Origin: a virus
Length of the DNA: 5,935 nucleotides
Virus record (IMG/VR): IMGVR_UViG_3300029570_000106
Span: 1 to 5,935 of that record
Direction: 5' to 3' (one strand)
Below are positions 5,857 through 5,935 of this stretch, piece by piece (position 1 is the first letter of the stretch; every line of letters begins with the position of its first letter). The notes under the pieces are model-generated. The model was not told where the DNA came from, ran no database searches, and saw nothing but the letters and a program-made list of their open reading frames with translations. Both the position numbers and the translations under genes were made by a program.

Positions 5857-5935
5857 ATTTTTTTTCTTCAGTGTCTTCATTAACTAATACTACGATGTAC
5901 CTTTTCATAATTTTTAACTTTTTTGGGTTATTATT
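5857..5935. repeat. Right copy of the terminal direct repeat (identical to 1-79).
   Basis: Identical to 1-79 at an offset of 5856. Confidence 0.9.

Noticed and set aside
1-5935. CRISPR array, IS element or integrase
   Set aside because: No spaced direct repeats of CRISPR type were found. There are no transposase-like or integrase-like ORFs. The only long repeat is the terminal redundancy of the circular genome.

Overview
The window is best read as one complete circular ssDNA phage genome of family Microviridae, outside the phiX-like Bullavirinae (gokushovirus/alpavirus-like). It has been linearised with a 79-nt terminal redundancy, because positions 1-79 are identical to 5857-5935. This makes the unit length 5856 nt. 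All seven supportable genes lie on the minus strand, so the given + strand is the complement of the mRNA and virion-sense strand. In coding direction the order is three small ORFs (76, 68 and 96 aa), then the major capsid protein VP1 (647-aa ORF, with a probable start at an internal Met that has a perfect AGGAGG Shine-Dalgarno). Next come an acidic 104-aa ORF, the Gly/Gln-rich coiled-coil DNA-pilot protein VP2 (345 aa), and the rolling-circle replication initiator VP4/Rep (369 aa) carrying the three RCR motifs FITLTL, HIHGILWG and YITKYMYK. Adjacent genes are tightly coupled through TAATG, ATGA and TAA-N-ATG junctions. By eye the genome is about one-third GC. The most unusual feature is a roughly 560-nt non-coding stretch (5735-5856 continuing into 1-437), about a tenth of the genome. 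It contains an AT-rich segment with a palindromic extended -10 box and short direct repeats. It also contains a sharply GC-rich island (262-437, about 54% GC, with a roughly 60% core) that has no ORF in any frame and carries at least five or six stable stem-loops immediately 3' of rep. I interpret this island as a candidate complementary-strand (single-strand) origin or a structured non-coding RNA. It is the most distinctive element in the window. Other points worth a second look are two small ORFs that look like diverged tandem paralogs (shared KEYIxKK(P)W motif and an identical 14-mer), a one-TM small protein that may be a lysis factor, and a perfect 17-nt palindrome spanning an internal ATG. 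There are also GC-rich hairpins at and after the 3' end of the 104-aa ORF and a CX11CX2CX2C cysteine cluster at the Rep N-terminus. I found no rRNA, tRNA, CRISPR array, transposon or integrase.
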